Assembly: GCA_945890895.1 (NCBI GenBank)
Contig: CAMDDG010000003.1
Location: forward strand, 12,938 to 76,937
Direction of reading: 5' to 3'
Source of the DNA: Chitinophaga pinensis
Lineage (GTDB): Bacteria; Bacteroidota; Bacteroidia; NS11-12g; UBA955
DNA length: 64,000 nt
Positions 51,546-62,282 of the stretch are shown here, in pieces. A program made the position numbers and the translations under genes. Numbering within the stretch: position 1 is the first letter of the stretch; every line of letters starts with the position of its first letter. The notes under the pieces were generated by a model. That model was not told the origin of the DNA and ran no database searches. It saw only the letters and a program-made list of their open reading frames with translations.

Positions 51546-52580
51546 ATGAAATTGGCGAATTCTATTTTCTTTGGACTATTTTTATCTTGTTCTCAATGGT
51601 TGTATTCTGCTGAATGGGAATATTCTTTGTTACAAATTAAACCTGCCGACTCTATTCAAGTAAGTTCAGGTAAACTAATTGTAATCAATGATTTTCCATC
51701 TAAAATTATTCGCACTCGAACCGTTTTAATATGGTTACCCAACGAATATTATGTGGGGGCAGAATTGCGTTTTCCAGTTACTTACATGCATGATGGACAA
51801 ATGTTATTCGACTCCAATTCCACTTGGAATCATCAAGAATGGGGAATGGATGAATTAATCGCAAAAAGCAAATATAAATCGATAGTTGTTGGCATCTTCA
51901 ACGATGGAAAAAATCGATCCGGTGATTATTTTCCGGAAAAACCCTGGAAGCATATGTCTAAAGTCTCACAAGATAGTATTCTAAGATTTCGAGGAGGATT
52001 TGAAGCGATTTTTGGGGATGTAGGATTAAACTCAGATGAGTATTTGAAGTTCTTAGTCAAGGAACTAAAACCCTACATCGATCAAAACTTTAGAACTTTG
52101 AAAGACTCAAAAAATACGATTATTGGCGGAGCAAGTATGGGCGGATTAATTTCGTGTTACGCAGTTTGTGAGTATCCCAAAATATTTGGAAACGCTATAT
52201 GTTTGTCTACACACTGGCCGGGCTCTGCACCGTTAGACTACGCAGCGGTTCCCATTGAATTTCAGAATTATTTGAAGAAAAAGTTACCTAAAAAGGGAGA
52301 ATACCGATTCTTTTTTGCTCGAGGAACAGGCTATTTGGATTCATTTTATAAACCATTTCAAGATTCTGTTAATCAAATTTTTATTCAAAAAAATTATCAT
52401 TCAGTAATTTCAGTAAATGAACCGGAAAGTTGGTCGATTCATTCAAATAGTAAGGATCAATTAAAATATCAATTCATATTGTACGTTGGCGACGATCATA
52501 AAGAATCAGCTTGGCAGAATCAAATGTATGATGCTTGGGATTGGATATCGTATCAACGAAATAATGGATTGAATGATTAA
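51546..52580 (+). CDS. Alpha/beta hydrolase (PF00756 esterase family).
   Basis: GASMGG nucleophile elbow within an esterase-family scaffold. Confidence 0.65.
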   Translation: MKLANSIFFGLFLSCSQWLYSAEWEYSLLQIKPADSIQVSSGKLIVINDFPSKIIRTRTVLIWLPNEYYVGAELRFPVTYMHDGQMLFDSNSTWNHQEWGMDELIAKSKYKSIVVGIFNDGKNRSGDYFPEKPWKHMSKVSQDSILRFRGGFEAIFGDVGLNSDEYLKFLVKELKPYIDQNFRTLKDSKNTIIGGASMGGLISCYAVCEYPKIFGNAICLSTHWPGSAPLDYAAVPIEFQNYLKKKLPKKGEYRFFFARGTGYLDSFYKPFQDSVNQIFIQKNYHSVISVNEPESWSIHSNSKDQLKYQFILYVGDDHKESAWQNQMYDAWDWISYQRNNGLND

Positions 52581-52698
52581 TAGTTATTAATAACCATACT
52601 AATACTGTTTTAATTGTTAAATGAAATGTGATTGAACCCAATATTCCACTCATCTAACTGGATTTTTTTAATTCTGATTTTTACTTTTTATCCACCGA

Positions 52699-52731
52699 TT
52701 TGAAAAATCGCGTTTGAACCCGTTAAATTTG
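52699..52731 (+). promoter_or_regulatory. Candidate Bacteroidota sigma-A promoter: -33 TTTG, a 21-nt spacer, then -7 TAAATTTG. It lies 8 bp upstream of the fumC ATG.
   Basis: Motif match to the TTTG/TAnnTTTG consensus, read directly from the sequence. Confidence 0.35.
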
Positions 52732-52738
52732 CATCATT

Positions 52739-54151
52739 ATGGCTGATTTCCGTATAGAACACGATACCATGGGGGAAGTAAAAGTCCCTGCAAATGCACT
52801 TTGGGGTGCTCAAACTGAACGCAGTAGAAACAATTTTAAAATTGGTCCGGAAGCATCCATGCCCATTGAAATTGTTCGAGCTTTTGGTGTTTTGAAAAAA
52901 TGTGCTGCTAAAGCCAACTTTACACTTGGAGTATTGTCTGAAGAAAAGTACAACCTAATTGCTCAAGTTTGTGATGAAATTATTGATGGTAAACACGATA
53001 AGGAATTTCCTTTAGTTATTTGGCAAACGGGTAGCGGTACTCAAAGCAATATGAACGTAAATGAAGTAATTGCCAATCGGGCTCATATTATTTCAGGTGG
53101 TCAACTTACAGACGACAAAAAAGTTTTACATCCCAACGATGATGTAAATAAGAGCCAAAGTTCTAACGACACATTCCCAACGGCAATGAGCATTGCTGTA
53201 TTTAAGCAAGTTGTAGATTACACTTTACCTGGATTGCAGGCATTAAAAACTACACTTAAACACAAAGCCAGAGATTATAAAGACATTGTTAAAATTGGTC
53301 GTACGCATTTTATGGATGCCACTCCATTAACTTTGGGACAAGAATTCAGTGGTTATGTAACCCAGTTAGATAATGGAATTGCTGCAATTAATCGTGCAAT
53401 GAAACCAGCAGCTGAATTGGCTTTAGGTGGAACCGCAGTTGGAACGGGTTTAAACACTCCAAAAGGTTACTCTGAATTGGTGGCTCAATACATTGCAGCT
53501 GAAACAGGATTGCCTTTTGTTACAGCCCCGAATAAATTTGAAGCCCTAGCAGCTCACGATGCTATGGTAGAATTACACGGTGCAATCAAAAGATCAGCAG
53601 TTAGTGCATTCAAAATTGCCAATGATATTCGAATGTTAAGTTCGGGTCCTAGAAGTGGAATTGGTGAGATTTTAATACCTGAAAATGAACCCGGTTCTTC
53701 TATCATGCCAGGAAAGGTAAATCCTACTCAACCTGAAGCATTAACCATGGTTTGTGCACAGATTTTGGGTAATGATGTTGCGATTTCTTTTGCTGCAACC
53801 CAAGGACATTTCGAATTGAATGTTTACAAACCTGTTATAGCTGCAAATATGTTGCAAAGTGCACGTTTGTTAGGACAGGCATGTTTAAGCTTCAATGAGA
53901 ATTGTGCTATTGGAATTGAGCCCAATCATGAAAACATCAAAAAACTTGTGGATCAGAGTTTGATGTTGGTTACAGCACTAAACACACACATTGGTTACGA
54001 AAATGCAGCAAAAATTGCAAAAACAGCACACAAACAAGGAACTACACTAAAAGAAGCTGCAATTTCATTGGGATTGTTAACCGATGAGCAATTTAACCTT
54101 TGGGTACGTCCTGAAGATATGGTGGGAAACCCTGATGAAGTAATCAAATAA
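52739..54151 (+). CDS. fumC: Fumarate hydratase class II.
   Basis: [13 protein letters not shown] signature. The N-terminus ([13 protein letters not shown]) is of fumarase type rather than aspartase type. Confidence 0.85.
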   Translation: MADFRIEHDTMGEVKVPANALWGAQTERSRNNFKIGPEASMPIEIVRAFGVLKKCAAKANFTLGVLSEEKYNLIAQVCDEIIDGKHDKEFPLVIWQTGSGTQSNMNVNEVIANRAHIISGGQLTDDKKVLHPNDDVNKSQSSNDTFPTAMSIAVFKQVVDYTLPGLQALKTTLKHKARDYKDIVKIGRTHFMDATPLTLGQEFSGYVTQLDNGIAAINRAMKPAAELALGGTAVGTGLNTPKGYSELVAQYIAAETGLPFVTAPNKFEALAAHDAMVELHGAIKRSAVSAFKIANDIRMLSSGPRSGIGEILIPENEPGSSIMPGKVNPTQPEALTMVCAQILGNDVAISFAATQGHFELNVYKPVIAANMLQSARLLGQACLSFNENCAIGIEPNHENIKKLVDQSLMLVTALNTHIGYENAAKIAKTAHKQGTTLKEAAISLGLLTDEQFNLWVRPEDMVGNPDEVIK

Positions 54152-54205
54152 ATAGATTTGAATTTTACAAAGTTCAGCATCTAACCATACTATATTTATA
54201 ACTAC

Positions 54206-55042
54206 ATGAATAATACCCATTATTTAAAAGGTCAAGGGAAAGTACTCTCTCTTGAAACACCGAGAATAATGGGTATTTTAAATATTACTCCCGATTCTTT
54301 TTTTTCGGGAAGTAGACATTCTGTAAAATCAGCATTGGAAGCTGCTGAAAAAATGATTGGACAGGGAGCAGACATTTTGGATATCGGAGGTCAGAGTACA
54401 CGTCCAGGGTCCGAAAGAATATCCCCCGAAGAAGAATGGAATCGAATTCAACCTGTTTTAACAGCTTTAAGAAGCACATTTCCAGATGTATGGATTTCGG
54501 TTGATACATATCATTCATCCATTGCAAAAAATAGTATTTCTGAGGGAGTTGAAATTATAAATGACATTTCATTCGGCGAAGATGATTCCAAAATGTTATT
54601 GACCGTTAAAGGAAACGATGTTTCCTACATTGGAATGCATAAAAAAGGAGATCCTAAAATCATGCAAGAATCACCGAAATACGAAAATGTTTCTGGTGAG
54701 GTTTTAAATTACTTAAAGGAACGGAGTCTCTATTTTCAAGATCAAGGTATTAACCAAATTGTAATAGATCCTGGATTTGGTTTCTCCAAGAATACCGAAC
54801 ATAATTATGAATTGCTTCGGAATATAGACTTGTTTAAAACATTGAATCTTCCAATTCTAATGGGAATTTCTCGTAAAAGTATGATTTACAAAACACTAGA
54901 AATCACTGCCGAAGAATCGCTCAATGCAACCACCATACTTAATACTTTTGGATTGTTGAATGGTGCTCACATTTTACGGGTACACGATGTGTTTGAAGCT
55001 AAACAAATTGTAAAGCTTCTGCCCTATTTAATTCAAGGATAA
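54206..55042 (+). CDS. folP: Dihydropteroate synthase.
   Basis: Pterin-binding motifs GILNITPDSF and DIGGQSTRPG. Confidence 0.9.
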   Translation: MNNTHYLKGQGKVLSLETPRIMGILNITPDSFFSGSRHSVKSALEAAEKMIGQGADILDIGGQSTRPGSERISPEEEWNRIQPVLTALRSTFPDVWISVDTYHSSIAKNSISEGVEIINDISFGEDDSKMLLTVKGNDVSYIGMHKKGDPKIMQESPKYENVSGEVLNYLKERSLYFQDQGINQIVIDPGFGFSKNTEHNYELLRNIDLFKTLNLPILMGISRKSMIYKTLEITAEESLNATTILNTFGLLNGAHILRVHDVFEAKQIVKLLPYLIQG

Positions 55043-55057
55043 TTTTAAATTTATTCA

Positions 55058-55101
55058 ATTGTTAGATTCGAAATTGAACCTAACAATTTAAATTATTTTT
55101 G
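55058..55101 (+). terminator. Weak AT-rich hairpin plus T-run downstream of folP (possible terminator).
   Basis: AATTGTTAG - 13-nt loop - CTAACAATT, followed by TAAATTATTTTTG. Confidence 0.3.
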
Positions 55102-55218
55102 TACTTCAGAAAGGGTTTCTTCTTGAATTTTAATTTATCGTAAATAGAGCAAAATTGCTCAAAGTATTTCACTCTCTATTCATTCGAAAATCACTAAAAA
55201 AAGTCTTAATTTTGCACA

Positions 55219-55872
55219 ATGACTCGCATTATAGCACCCTCAATTTTATCTGCTGACTTTGGTAAATTAAACCACGACATAGATATGATCAATGATTCTA
55301 AAGCGGAATGGTTTCATGTGGATGTTATGGATGGGGTGTTTGTACCCAACATATCCTTCGGTTTTCCAGTGATGAATGCTTTGAAAAAAAGAGCAAAAAA
55401 AACATTGGATGTTCATTTAATGATTGTGGAGCCCGAAAGATATATTAATGCTTTTGCAGAAGCTGGAGCGAATAATTTAACCGTTCACATTGAGGCGAGC
55501 ACCCATTTGCATCGTACATTGAATGAAATTCGTAAACAAGGTATGAAAGCTGGAGTTGCCATTAATCCACATACACCCGTTTCACTCTTGAGCGATATTT
55601 TACAGGAAGCGGATTTAGTTTGTTTAATGAGTGTCAACCCCGGATTTGGTGGTCAAAAGTTCATTGAAAAAACAATTGAAAAAACTCAAAAGTTGCGTGA
55701 AATGATTGATAAACAAAATCTGAATACCTTGATTGAAATTGATGGGGGCGTTTCATTAGATAACGCATCTACCCTTTTTAATGCAGGTGCTCATGTTTTA
55801 GTTGCTGGAAATACGGTTTTCTCTGCATCCGATCCTCAATCCATGATTGAACGCTTGTTGCATGTTGGTTAA
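55219..55872 (+). CDS. rpe: Ribulose-phosphate 3-epimerase.
   Basis: PSILSADF...HVDVMDG...VNPGFGGQ motifs. Confidence 0.9.
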   Translation: MTRIIAPSILSADFGKLNHDIDMINDSKAEWFHVDVMDGVFVPNISFGFPVMNALKKRAKKTLDVHLMIVEPERYINAFAEAGANNLTVHIEASTHLHRTLNEIRKQGMKAGVAINPHTPVSLLSDILQEADLVCLMSVNPGFGGQKFIEKTIEKTQKLREMIDKQNLNTLIEIDGGVSLDNASTLFNAGAHVLVAGNTVFSASDPQSMIERLLHVG

Positions 55873-55942
55873 TTCGAAAAATAGAAGGCTCTTAACGAGT
55901 TTTCTTTTTAAAATATTCAACTCAAACTGACGTTTAACCATT

Positions 55943-58441
55943 GTGAATTCATTTAAATTCGGTTTTATTGCGTTGTTCTTCTTCTCTTTTTGGGGGACGG
56001 ATTCCTTAGCTCAATCAAATTATTTCGGAATTGTAATCAATCAAGATCAACAACCTGAATTGAATGTTCAAATTAAAAACTCCAAATCAGAGTTACTTGC
56101 CATTAGCGACTCTACTGGTCGTTTTGAGCTTTCCTTGGATGAAGAACCCTATTTGATTTTTGGATTCAAAAAAGGTGAAAAGATTTGTGGTAAATACGTT
56201 CGCAAAACACGTATTCCCGATAAAGCTATAAAAGCCAATGTACGACTTCTAGACATTCTAGATACCGTATATATTGGTCAAGGTGTTGGCATTATTGCAA
56301 CTGTAGAGATTAAATCCAAAGACCCAGTTGGATTTATGGAAGAAATTAAACCAAGAGAATTAGCATTAAATACCGGTGTAGGTAGTGGAATTGAGAATAT
56401 CATTAAAACATTGGGTGGAGTTAGTAGCAATAATGAACTTTCATCTCAATACAATGTTCGTGGTGGAAACTTTGATGAAAACTTGATTTATGTAAATGAC
56501 ATTGAGATTTATCGTCCTCAGTTAATTCAAAACGGACAACAAGAAGGGCTCAGTTTTATAAACCCACACTTGGTTGAACAATTGAAATTCAGCGCAGGTG
56601 GATTTGAATCGCGATATGGCGATAAAATGAGTTCAGTATTGGATGTGTCCTACGTCCGACCCGATTCATTCAAATCTCAAATTAGTATTGGAACCATGAT
56701 TAATGCTTTTACGGTTGAAGGAAAACATAAAAATTTTTCAGGTGTATTGAGTATACGTCATTTTTCCAATTCTCTATTAACAGCTACGTTGAATACCAAA
56801 GGTAGCTATTCTATGAATTTTGCAGATGTACAAACCTTATTAAAATGGAAATACAATTCGTTCTGGTCTCTAGAATTTTTAGGTAATTACGCTCAAAATC
56901 AATTTACGTTAATTCCTGAGAGTAGAACTACGGAATTTGGAACTATTGTTCAAGCTGCCTATCAACTAAATGTTTTTATGGCAGGCAAGGAAAGTCTTAA
57001 TTATGCTTATCAATTGGGTGCATTAACCCTTGAATATAAACCCAATGTTAAAACTTCCTTCAAATGGATTGCCAGCGCCACATCGGTTCAAGAAGAAGAA
57101 TATTTCGATATTGAAGGTGCTTATTCTCTGAGTGAATTGGATAGAGACTTAGGGTCGAGCAATTTAGGAAAACCACTTAGAACTTTAGGCTTTGGTTATT
57201 ATTTAGATCATGGAAGAAATAGAATGCAAAGTCGCATTCTTCAGTTTTCTCATATTGGAACCATGGGAAAAAATGATTCGAGAAGGCAATTCAAATATGG
57301 TGTAAGGGTGAATCAAGAATCCATTTACGACCGGTTTTACGAATGGTTGTATATGGATAGTGCAGATTATAATATTGCGCCTTGGTCATTTAGCCAAGAC
57401 TCAATAGTATTGGATCAAGTAATTCGTGCTACCAATTTTTTAGAGAGTTTTAAATATTCAGGATTTGCTCAATATCGAACAGAGGTTGACAAAAAAGGCA
57501 ATTGGTGGATTAATTTTGGAATACGCAGTAACTACTGGGCATTGAATCAAGAATTATTGGTAATGCCTCGATTTGCCATTTTCTGGGAACCCTATAAATA
57601 CTACAATAAACATGTTAATTCTTCACAAGAATATAAATCTCCGGTTACGTATCGACTTTCTATTGGAGCATACCATCAAGTTCCATTTTATAGAGAGCTG
57701 AGGGGATTTGAAGGTCAATTAAATAAACAATTACAAGCTCAAAAATCATGGCATAGCGTTTTTGGAATGGATAGAATGGTAACTCTGTGGGGTAAAAAGT
57801 TCAAATACTCTTCAGAAGCTTATTATAAATACATGTATGATTTAGTGCCCTACTTATACGACAATATTCGAATTCGCTACTATGCTCAAAATTCTTCTAA
57901 CGGTTATGCATGGGGAATGGATAATCGGTTATACGGTCAATTCAATAAAGGTTTAGAAAGTTGGTTTACATTAAGTGTGTTGAATTCAAAAGAACGCATT
58001 CAGTATACTAATTCTGCCGGTGAATTAATCACTTCAGAATGGTTGCGTAGACCAACTGATAGAAGAGTTACATTTGCTGCTATTTTTCAAGATCGATTGC
58101 CTCGAAATCCAACTGTAAGAGTTAATTTAAGTATGATGATTGGCACAGGCATTCCTTATTATTTAGATGGGAAAGCGCGCTACAGCACCACACCTAATAT
58201 TATTCCGAGGTATCAACGGGTTGATATCGGGTTCAGTAAAGTATTCAGAACACTTCAAAGTGAACCCAAGAAATTCAAATACGTAAAAGAATCATGGATT
58301 ACCTTGGATGTTTTTAATCTATTAGATATAAACAATGTAATAGCCTATTCTTGGGTAAAAGATTTAAATAACAACCGTTATGGAGTACCCGAATATTTAA
58401 CTGGCAGAAGATTAAATCTTCGTTGGTACATGTCGTTTTAA
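55943..58441 (+). CDS. TonB-dependent receptor-like outer-membrane beta-barrel protein (GTG start).
   Basis: Signal peptide, a carboxypeptidase-regulatory-like N-domain, a plug-like region, and a long beta-rich region ending in an aromatic C-terminal residue (LRWYMSF). Confidence 0.6.
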   Translation: MNSFKFGFIALFFFSFWGTDSLAQSNYFGIVINQDQQPELNVQIKNSKSELLAISDSTGRFELSLDEEPYLIFGFKKGEKICGKYVRKTRIPDKAIKANVRLLDILDTVYIGQGVGIIATVEIKSKDPVGFMEEIKPRELALNTGVGSGIENIIKTLGGVSSNNELSSQYNVRGGNFDENLIYVNDIEIYRPQLIQNGQQEGLSFINPHLVEQLKFSAGGFESRYGDKMSSVLDVSYVRPDSFKSQISIGTMINAFTVEGKHKNFSGVLSIRHFSNSLLTATLNTKGSYSMNFADVQTLLKWKYNSFWSLEFLGNYAQNQFTLIPESRTTEFGTIVQAAYQLNVFMAGKESLNYAYQLGALTLEYKPNVKTSFKWIASATSVQEEEYFDIEGAYSLSELDRDLGSSNLGKPLRTLGFGYYLDHGRNRMQSRILQFSHIGTMGKNDSRRQFKYGVRVNQESIYDRFYEWLYMDSADYNIAPWSFSQDSIVLDQVIRATNFLESFKYSGFAQYRTEVDKKGNWWINFGIRSNYWALNQELLVMPRFAIFWEPYKYYNKHVNSSQEYKSPVTYRLSIGAYHQVPFYRELRGFEGQLNKQLQAQKSWHSVFGMDRMVTLWGKKFKYSSEAYYKYMYDLVPYLYDNIRIRYYAQNSSNGYAWGMDNRLYGQFNKGLESWFTLSVLNSKERIQYTNSAGELITSEWLRRPTDRRVTFAAIFQDRLPRNPTVRVNLSMMIGTGIPYYLDGKARYSTTPNIIPRYQRVDIGFSKVFRTLQSEPKKFKYVKESWITLDVFNLLDINNVIAYSWVKDLNNNRYGVPEYLTGRRLNLRWYMSF

Positions 58442-58473
58442 TTGATTAATCAATCTTAATTGCTCTTAAAAAT

Positions 58474-58508
58474 GAAAAGCCCTTGGTTTCCCAAGGGCTT
58501 TTCATTTT
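58474..58508. terminator. Bidirectional rho-independent terminator between convergent genes.
   Basis: GAAAAGCCCTTGG-TTTC-CCAAGGGCTTTTC: a perfect 13-bp stem with a T-run on the plus side and an A-run on the minus side. Confidence 0.8.
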
Positions 58509-58598
58509 AATTCGTCAAATGCTTAATTTCTGTATGGTTTCAACTCTACAGTTTTTACAACAAAATTTTAATACAATTCTTAAGCTTTACTTAAATAA

Positions 58599-61500
58599 TT
58601 ATGGTGCTTCTGGCGTGGGATTCAATTTAGTTTGACATTCTTTCAACTTAACATTCAATGCTGAATTCTCTGCCTTTAACTTACTGATTTCCGCACTATT
58701 CGACTTGATAATTTCGCTTAATTTGCCCATATCTTCATCCATTTGAATGATCTGTTTGCGTAAACGACTTTCATCACCTTCTAAAATTGATTTTGCTTTT
58801 AGGCATTCATCTAAATCTATTTTAGTTGTTGAAACCAAAGAATTACATTCCGTCAATTGCTTTTCTAAAGAAGCGATTTTCGCTTCTAAACTTGCAATTT
58901 TACTCGAAGATGTTTGCAATTGTGCTTCCTTATTTTGGAGTTGTTCTTTGAGTGAGCTTACTTGTGCGTTCAATGTATTAAGCTGTGCAGTTAATTCTGA
59001 ACTAGTATTCGAAGTACTTGACGCCTCTAATTCCGAAATCTTTTTCTTTGCAGCCTCTAATTGCGCACTTAATGTCAATTTTTCAGATTCACATTTCGAT
59101 GAAGTGGATTTAAGTGTTTCAATTTCGGAAGTTTGCTTTTGGAGATTGGCTTTGATTTGTGCAATTGTAGCTTCACTTGATTTTATCGATGCTTGTAAAT
59201 TGGCGTTCTGAGTTGTTAATGTGACATTCTGGCTCTCTAATGTTTTATTTTTTCCTTCCAACTCCGCTGTTTTCAACTCCAGTTCTTTTACTTTATTCTT
59301 ATATGGTGTGCAATCTTCGGATACAGAAATACTGCTTGAAGTTTTCGCTAATTTCTCTTCGCAAGCCTTTTTATCAGCTGTTAATGCTGCATTTTGAGAA
59401 GTCAATGTTGAAACTTGTGTTGACAACGCATTATTCTGAGTAGTTAAAGACGACACTTGTGCTGTTAATGTCGAAATTTGAGCGTTCAGAGACTTAATTT
59501 GTTCATTTAATAAATTTATCTTAGAATTATTGGTTGTTGCCTCCCCTTTTAACGTATTAATTTGAGCATTCGCCGCATTAATTTGACTATTTAATGAATT
59601 AATTTGAGCTGTTAATGATTGAACCTGAGCTGTTAATTGGGCATTTTTTGTTTCTAGGGATGTTTTTTCTGCTTGCAAAGCGGTTAATTGCTTTTTGCAA
59701 TTTTCAGCATCTATGGAACTACCACCAGTGTTCTTACTGCAAATTTCTAATTGTGATTTAACTGCTGCTAATTGCTTATTTAAATTTTCTTTTTCTAAAG
59801 CAATTGTTGCAAGTTGCTTATTGCAATTTTCTTTTTCTAAATTGATGGCTAATAATTGCTTTTCAGCATTAGCAAGCTTGAGTTTCAAATCATTATTTTG
59901 GTTAACTAAATCAATTTGAGATTGTGTTGAAGACTTAGTTTTATCCAATTCACTTTGGCACAATTTCCTTTGTGCTTCTAATAAAGCAATTTGGTCGTTC
60001 AACAATGATTTTTCTTTATTCAAAGCATCAATTTGTGATTTCAATCGAATTAATTCTGCGTCTTGTTGGGTGGATTTATTTTTTAAACCAACGATTTCAA
60101 TTTGAGCATTGCTATTTTTGGTTTTTTCAATAATTAACGCTGAATCCATAGATTTGAGTTGTTTTTCACAACTCAATCCAACGGTTGCGGCGCTCAAACG
60201 ATTTACTTGATTTTTTAACACATCATTTTCAGCAACAATTTTAGCTTTTTCTTGCTTCTCCTTTGCTAATTCCAATTGTATTTTATCTAAGTAATCTTGA
60301 AGTGCCTTTTTATCTTCATTGCACTTTTTCGTATAACTTAACAAATCTGCTTTTATTCGAGCTATTTCTGCATCTTTAGCATTATTTTGGTCTTTTAACA
60401 CAGTAATTTCCGCCTTATTCTTTTGATTTTCCAAATTAGAATTTGCTAAATCCGCTCTCACTTTACCTAGTTCATTTTGAGTATTTGTTAAATCCGCCTT
60501 TACCTTTCCTAAATCGGATTGAGATTTTTGAAGATTTATTTCTGCATTATTTAAATCCGCCTTTACCTTTCCTAAATCAGATTGAGATTTTTGAAGATCT
60601 TCTTTTACTTTTACCAATTCAATTTGTGCATTGTTTTTAACGGGCAAAGTAACCGTATTTCTATTTGTTTGATAAACGGTATCGATAACTTGTTTTGTAA
60701 TTGTTTGAGTTTTACGCTCCGTTTTTACAAGTGTGTCTGTAATGACTTTGTTAATTACAATTGTATCTCTTTTAAATTGGGTATCATTGTACGTTTCGTG
60801 TTGAATTACTGAGTATTTCTTATTTCTAGGACGATCACAACCACCAATTTTAGAACGGAATCCAAAGTAAAAACTTCCTCCGGAATAATTATCGTTTGCT
60901 AAAAACTTACCCAATCCATCGAGGTTATCTGTTCCTGCGATAAAGGGACCAAATCGGGCATAAATTCCCACATGTTGCGCCGTGTAATCATTTGCAAGTG
61001 TTAGAGGAAGGCCTATTTCAATTCGTTCGGATTGCCAACGTGGAACCACACTTAAATATGAAGCCCGTCTTAAACCAACGGAATTTCTACCTTTCAAACT
61101 TTGGGTCCAATAAGCACCCACGTGTAAATTTTGATTAATCGCCTTATCGTACTGAATATTCAAAGCAGCAGGAGAATAACTTAAAAATTCAGAACCTTGA
61201 TCAGCCCCTAAATCCTCAAATAACCTCTGAGATAAATCTTGTAACTTTTCATCACCCGTTGTAAATTGTCCATTTTGAATGATATTTCGATCAATGGTCC
61301 AATTTTGGTTTCCTAGAGAAGTAATATTACTAGAATTTCCCCAATAAGAGATAAATCCTAAATCTGTGATGGACATACCAAATTTCCATGAATATGCCAA
61401 GTTCTTTTCTGACTCACACCAATCAAATCCTTTGTATTTTAGTGCTTTAGGGCGATATTCATACATCACACCTAAATCCGTACCCAAACCCACTCCTTCT

Positions 61501-62282
61501 ACCCAATCGAATTTTAAACCAAAAGGATGTTGCATAGTTCGCATAGAACCAGCCGAATAATACAATCTTGAATTTAATTGATTGATATTTATTGTCTTAT
61601 CATCCACAACATCAAATGAAAGATTATCACTACCTAAATGTGCTACACCCATACCCAAAAGCATTTTTGCCGTAACACCCCATCTCCAAGAGTGTATTTT
61701 TGATGGATTATCGTAACCTGCGAAAGTAAAAAACCATTCTTGGTACTTTTCCGTGTTAATAGAAAACTCCGATTGATTAATGGTATTGCCAATTTGACTT
61801 TGAATTTCCGGCATACCATATCGAACTACGCCTCCAAATTGGGGATTTAGTCCATTAATAGAAAAGCCACTTACTGATTTTACCCCAAATCCGAATGCAC
61901 CAACATCATCAATTGGAAAAAAGAATGAAGGACTGTATACTTCATTCAAATAATTTAATTTCCAGTTTTGAACTGTTTTATCTACGGGCAACCAATTTTG
62001 TTGGAAGGCTAAAGAGCCATTAATATTAGTATATTCAGCTGGGTAATCTTCACGAATCCATGCGCCCATTCGGATGGGAGCATTGTACTTCATGAAATTA
62101 TTTTCTAAATTTAAACTTGCACCCCACCAATTGACATAAGCCCTATTTCCAGGATTAGATCTAGCCAATGCTGGATTCAAGGAGAATGAATACGGACTGT
62201 TGAAATCACCAACCATCAATCCTAATGGATGTTGAGCATGTGCTTTAGTTGAATAAAACAAAATGAGTAATAATCCGAACAT
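58599..62282 (-). CDS. Secreted protein of about 1230 aa: a signal peptide, an aromatic/Gly-rich beta-type domain of about 500 aa, then about 700 aa of continuous coiled coil.
   Basis: The ATG at 62282 gives the signal peptide MFGLLLILFYSTKAHAQ. The N-terminal domain has beta-strand-like alternation and a C-terminal aromatic residue. The C-terminal half is Q/A/L/S/T/N/K/E-rich heptad-like sequence and contains near-identical 21-aa repeats. Confidence 0.7.
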   Translation of the reverse strand: MFGLLLILFYSTKAHAQHPLGLMVGDFNSPYSFSLNPALARSNPGNRAYVNWWGASLNLENNFMKYNAPIRMGAWIREDYPAEYTNINGSLAFQQNWLPVDKTVQNWKLNYLNEVYSPSFFFPIDDVGAFGFGVKSVSGFSINGLNPQFGGVVRYGMPEIQSQIGNTINQSEFSINTEKYQEWFFTFAGYDNPSKIHSWRWGVTAKMLLGMGVAHLGSDNLSFDVVDDKTININQLNSRLYYSAGSMRTMQHPFGLKFDWVEGVGLGTDLGVMYEYRPKALKYKGFDWCESEKNLAYSWKFGMSITDLGFISYWGNSSNITSLGNQNWTIDRNIIQNGQFTTGDEKLQDLSQRLFEDLGADQGSEFLSYSPAALNIQYDKAINQNLHVGAYWTQSLKGRNSVGLRRASYLSVVPRWQSERIEIGLPLTLANDYTAQHVGIYARFGPFIAGTDNLDGLGKFLANDNYSGGSFYFGFRSKIGGCDRPRNKKYSVIQHETYNDTQFKRDTIVINKVITDTLVKTERKTQTITKQVIDTVYQTNRNTVTLPVKNNAQIELVKVKEDLQKSQSDLGKVKADLNNAEINLQKSQSDLGKVKADLTNTQNELGKVRADLANSNLENQKNKAEITVLKDQNNAKDAEIARIKADLLSYTKKCNEDKKALQDYLDKIQLELAKEKQEKAKIVAENDVLKNQVNRLSAATVGLSCEKQLKSMDSALIIEKTKNSNAQIEIVGLKNKSTQQDAELIRLKSQIDALNKEKSLLNDQIALLEAQRKLCQSELDKTKSSTQSQIDLVNQNNDLKLKLANAEKQLLAINLEKENCNKQLATIALEKENLNKQLAAVKSQLEICSKNTGGSSIDAENCKKQLTALQAEKTSLETKNAQLTAQVQSLTAQINSLNSQINAANAQINTLKGEATTNNSKINLLNEQIKSLNAQISTLTAQVSSLTTQNNALSTQVSTLTSQNAALTADKKACEEKLAKTSSSISVSEDCTPYKNKVKELELKTAELEGKNKTLESQNVTLTTQNANLQASIKSSEATIAQIKANLQKQTSEIETLKSTSSKCESEKLTLSAQLEAAKKKISELEASSTSNTSSELTAQLNTLNAQVSSLKEQLQNKEAQLQTSSSKIASLEAKIASLEKQLTECNSLVSTTKIDLDECLKAKSILEGDESRLRKQIIQMDEDMGKLSEIIKSNSAEISKLKAENSALNVKLKECQTKLNPTPEAP
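60488..60598 (-). repeat. Two near-identical 48-bp intragenic direct repeats with a 63-bp period, lying in the coiled-coil coding region.
   Basis: Copy A (60488..60535) and copy B (60551..60598) differ at one base. A third, degenerate copy lies upstream. Confidence 0.85.

Noticed and set aside
60488-60598. Considered whether the direct repeats could be a CRISPR array.
   Set aside because: There are only two or three copies, they are in frame inside a coding region, the spacers are not unique, and there are no cas genes.
60443-60812. Plus-strand ORFs 60443..60640 and 60582..60812 with internally repeated peptide sequence (…LNPPLPFLN.IEIFEDL…).
   Set aside because: They lie antisense to the coiled-coil gene and simply mirror its 48-bp DNA repeats. 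They have no independent coding signal.
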